A stretch of 64,000 bases of DNA, taken from an uncultured Acidobacteriota bacterium (GTDB lineage Bacteria; Acidobacteriota; Thermoanaerobaculia; Multivoradales; JBCCEF01). The translations under genes were made by a program, and so were the position numbers. The stretch covers positions 960,944 to 1,024,943 of the forward strand of contig CAVSQV010000002.1 of the NCBI GenBank assembly GCA_963730155.1, given 5' to 3'. Each line of letters opens with the position of its first letter. The stretch's first letter is position 1. The notes under the pieces are model-generated. The model was not told the origin of the DNA. It made no database searches and was given only the letters and a program-made list of their open reading frames with translations. Shown one piece after another: positions 61,653 through 64,000 of this stretch.

Positions 61653-64000
61653 ATGCCGAGGAGGTGCCCCGTGGCCCGGATCGCCGCTCACCGCACCCTG
61701 ATCGTCTTCGCCGCCGCCGGGCTGGCGGTCGTCCTGGCCGCCGGCGCCCGGGCGTCCCGGCCCTCGCCGCCGGCCGGCCCCGTCACCGAGTCGTTCCGCT
61801 TCGCAGAGGCCGCGCCGGCGGCCGGCGGCACCGCTCCGGCCTCGGCACCGGCCGCCGCGGCGCCCGTCAGCCTCACCGCCGCGCGACGGCACCGGCCTGC
61901 GCCTGGTCGCGCTCGAGGCCGAACGGCGTGCTCGAGCCGCCGCTCGCCTTCACCGAGCTGCACCTGACCTTCGAGAACCCGCGCGACGAGGTGATCGAGG
62001 GGCGCTTCCGGATCGCCCTGCCGCCGGGCGCGGCGATCTCGCGCTTCGCCATGAAGATCGGCGACTCCTGGCAGGAGGGGGAGGTGGTGGAGCGCCAGCG
62101 CGCCCGCCAGGCCTACGAGGACTTCCTCCACCGCGCGGCAGGACCCGGCGCTGCTCGAGCAGGAGGCCGGCAACGAGTTTTCGGCCCGCGTCTTTCCGAT
62201 CCCGGCGCGCGGGCGCAAGGAGCTGATCGTCTCCTACTCGCACGCGCTCGAGCGCGGCCGGCGAGCCCTACGTGCTGCCGCTCCTCGGCCTGCCGGAGAT
62301 CGGCCGAGCTCGACGTCCGCGTGCTCCTCGGCGAGCGCCCCGTCGCCGGCGCGCCGGCGAGCAGCCTCGGCGGCGAGGTCCAGCGACCGCCGCGTGGTCG
62401 AGCTGCACAAGCGCGACTGGACTCCCGACCGCGACTTCGAGATCGGCCAGGACGCCCGTCGCGGTCCGGTCCGGCCTGCGCCACGGCAACCTCGCGGTGG
62501 TGCGGGTCGCGCCCCCGGTCGACGCCGAGCCGCAGGAGATCGCCGGCCTCTACGTGCTGGTCGATTCGAGCGCGTCGCGCGCCCTCGGCTACGCGGCCCA
62601 GGTGCGCCGGCTCGGCGAGCTGGTCGCCGGCTTGCGCGACGGCGCCGGCGGCTCGACGCCGGTCGGGATCGCCGCCTTCGACCAGGAGGTCGCGCCGATC
62701 TTCGAGGGCCCGGCCGGCGGGTTCGGCGCGGCCGAGCTGCGGCGGCTCGGCGACCGCCGGCCGCTCGGCGCCTCCGACCTCCACCGCGCGCTCGCGCTGG
62801 CTCGGCCGAGCCGGCTGGCCGCCAACGCCCGGGACGCCATCCCCGGGTCCTGCTGATCACCGACGGCGTCGCCACCGCCGGCGAGACCGAGACGCGGGCG
62901 CTCAAGGCGGCGGTCGCGCCCTCGGCGCGCACGGCGTCGAGCGCCTCGACGTGCTGGCGGTCGGCGGGCTGCGCGACGAGGCGGTGCTGCGCGCGCTGAC
63001 CACCGGCAACCTGGCGCACGACGGCCAGCGCGATCGACGGCGCCGCGCCGCTCGCCCGAGATCGCCCGCCGGCTGACCCTCGCCTGCCGCTCCGGGATCG
63101 CGGTCGCGGTCGAGGGGGCGAGCCTGGGTCTGGCCCGAGACCCTCGACGGCGTCCAGCCCGGCGACGAGGCGCTGGTCTACGCGCTGGCCGACCTGCCGG
63201 CGGGCCGGCCGCTCGCGGTCACTCTCGCGGGCCGGCCGGCGGCAGCTCTCCGGCGAGCTCGCGGCGGCCGAGCGGCCGCTCCTCGAACGGGCCTGGGTGC
63301 AGGCGCGCATCGAGCGCCTGCTCCACCTGCGCGAGACCGCGCTCGCCGGCGACGACGACCTGCGCCGGGCGCTCGTGCTCGAGGTCGTCGAGCTCGAGCG
63401 TCCGCCACCGCGTGCTCAGCCCGTTCACGGCGCTGCTGGTGCTCGAGACCGAGGTCGACTACGCAGCGCTTCGGGCTCGACCGCACGGCGCTCGCCGACA
63501 TCCTGACCGTCGGCCCGGGCGGGCTCGAGGTCGCCGCGCGGAGCGCTGCCCGCCCCGGACGCGATCGCGGACCGCGCCGAGGAGTCCAAGCTCCTCGAGA
63601 GCGTCGGCACGCTCGGCGACGAGACGGCCGACCCGGACCTCGAGCCGGCCGCGGAGGAGATCGCCGGGATCCCCGGCGGGGTGGCGGGCGGCATCGTGGG
63701 CGGAGTGCCGGGTGGCACCGCGGGCGGAGTGCCGGGGGGCATCGCGGGCGGAGTGCCGAGCGGCATCTCATCGTCCCAGTCGGCCGCATCGGTCGAGGTG
63801 CCTGCGCCTCTGCGCGTCGGCGAGCCGGAGGAGGTCGCGGTCGCCGAGGAGATCGCCGTCGAGAGCCCGCCGCCGCCGCATGCTCGGGCGCGGCGGCCGT
63901 AGCGACGAGCAGGGGGAGCCCGAGCCCGAGGCCGACGAGTCGGGCCGTACAGCGGGCGCTTCGCCGAGGTCATGGAGCGCCTGGCCGCCGGCCGGCTCGC
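61653..64000 (+). pseudogene. VIT + von Willebrand factor A domain protein with Gly/Pro repeat tail; many frame disruptions; runs off the window end
   Basis: Signal/TM IAAHRTLIVFAAAGLAVVLAAGA. VIT-like FTELHLTFENPRDEVIEGRFRIALPPGAAISRFAMKIGDSWQEGEVVERQRARQAYEDF, EAGNEFSARVFPIPARGRKELIVSYSH. vWA-like LYVLVDSSASR...IAAFDQEV...LLITDGVATAG. Later pieces: HRVLSPFTALLVLETEVDY, IAGIPGGVAGGIVGGVPGG. The pieces lie in all three frames. Confidence 0.7.
63698..63769 (+). repeat. Three 24-nt tandem repeats encoding GGVPGG(T/I)A
   Basis: GGGCGGAGTGCCG recurs at 63698, 63722 and 63746 (period 24 nt). It translates to GGVPGGTAGGVPGGIAGGVPSG, a TonB-like flexible linker inside the VIT-vWA reading frame. Confidence 0.6.

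Noticed and set aside
63660-63775. Regularly spaced 24-nt repeats examined as a possible CRISPR-like or regulatory array.
   Set aside because: There are only three units and no unique spacers. They are contiguous and in frame with the VIT-vWA protein, encoding a GGVPGG linker. This is a coding tandem repeat, not CRISPR.

Overview
Very GC-rich bacterial chromosomal window (roughly 70% GC by eye), probably from a diderm: it encodes a TolC-like channel, a TonB-like Gly/Pro repeat and an IPTL-CTERM sorting signal. About 60 features are supported. Housekeeping genes: asnS, fhs, rimO, ribF, trxA, pruA, acyl-CoA dehydrogenase, M1 and M24 peptidases, a bacilliredoxin. Isoprenoid genes: a six-gene mevalonate/isoprenoid operon (39.6-46.4 kb) that has an isopentenyl phosphate kinase but no phosphomevalonate kinase, and a squalene/phytoene-synthase gene separated from it by a low-GC DUF3800 islet. 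Four toxin-antitoxin-like pairs are present. The most interesting region is 7-26.7 kb, which looks like a composite and apparently uncharacterised RiPP (ribosomal peptide natural product) locus. Its parts are: (a) a Nif11-type double-glycine leader precursor with a Gly-rich core, next to an unknown 368-aa protein; (b) a large zinc-ribbon/cyclase/AAA/TPR regulator; (c) a 51-codon double-glycine precursor that is absent from the ORF track, followed by a strong stem-loop, two paralogous HExxH-domain proteins, an aldo/keto reductase and a GT2 glycosyltransferase; (d) a convergent four-gene export operon of the NHLM type (TolC-like, HlyD, C39-peptidase ABC, second ABC). Caveat: the window contains patches dense in single-base frame disruptions. 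These include the whole export operon, rimO, the VIT-vWA gene, and parts of ACAD, M1 peptidase, pruA and IDI-2. Other multi-kb stretches are clean. Where I traced them, the indels sit in short homopolymer runs, so assembly error is as likely as real pseudogenisation. No rRNA, tRNA, CRISPR array, transposase or integrase was recognised. All family calls come from motif recognition by eye, not from searches.
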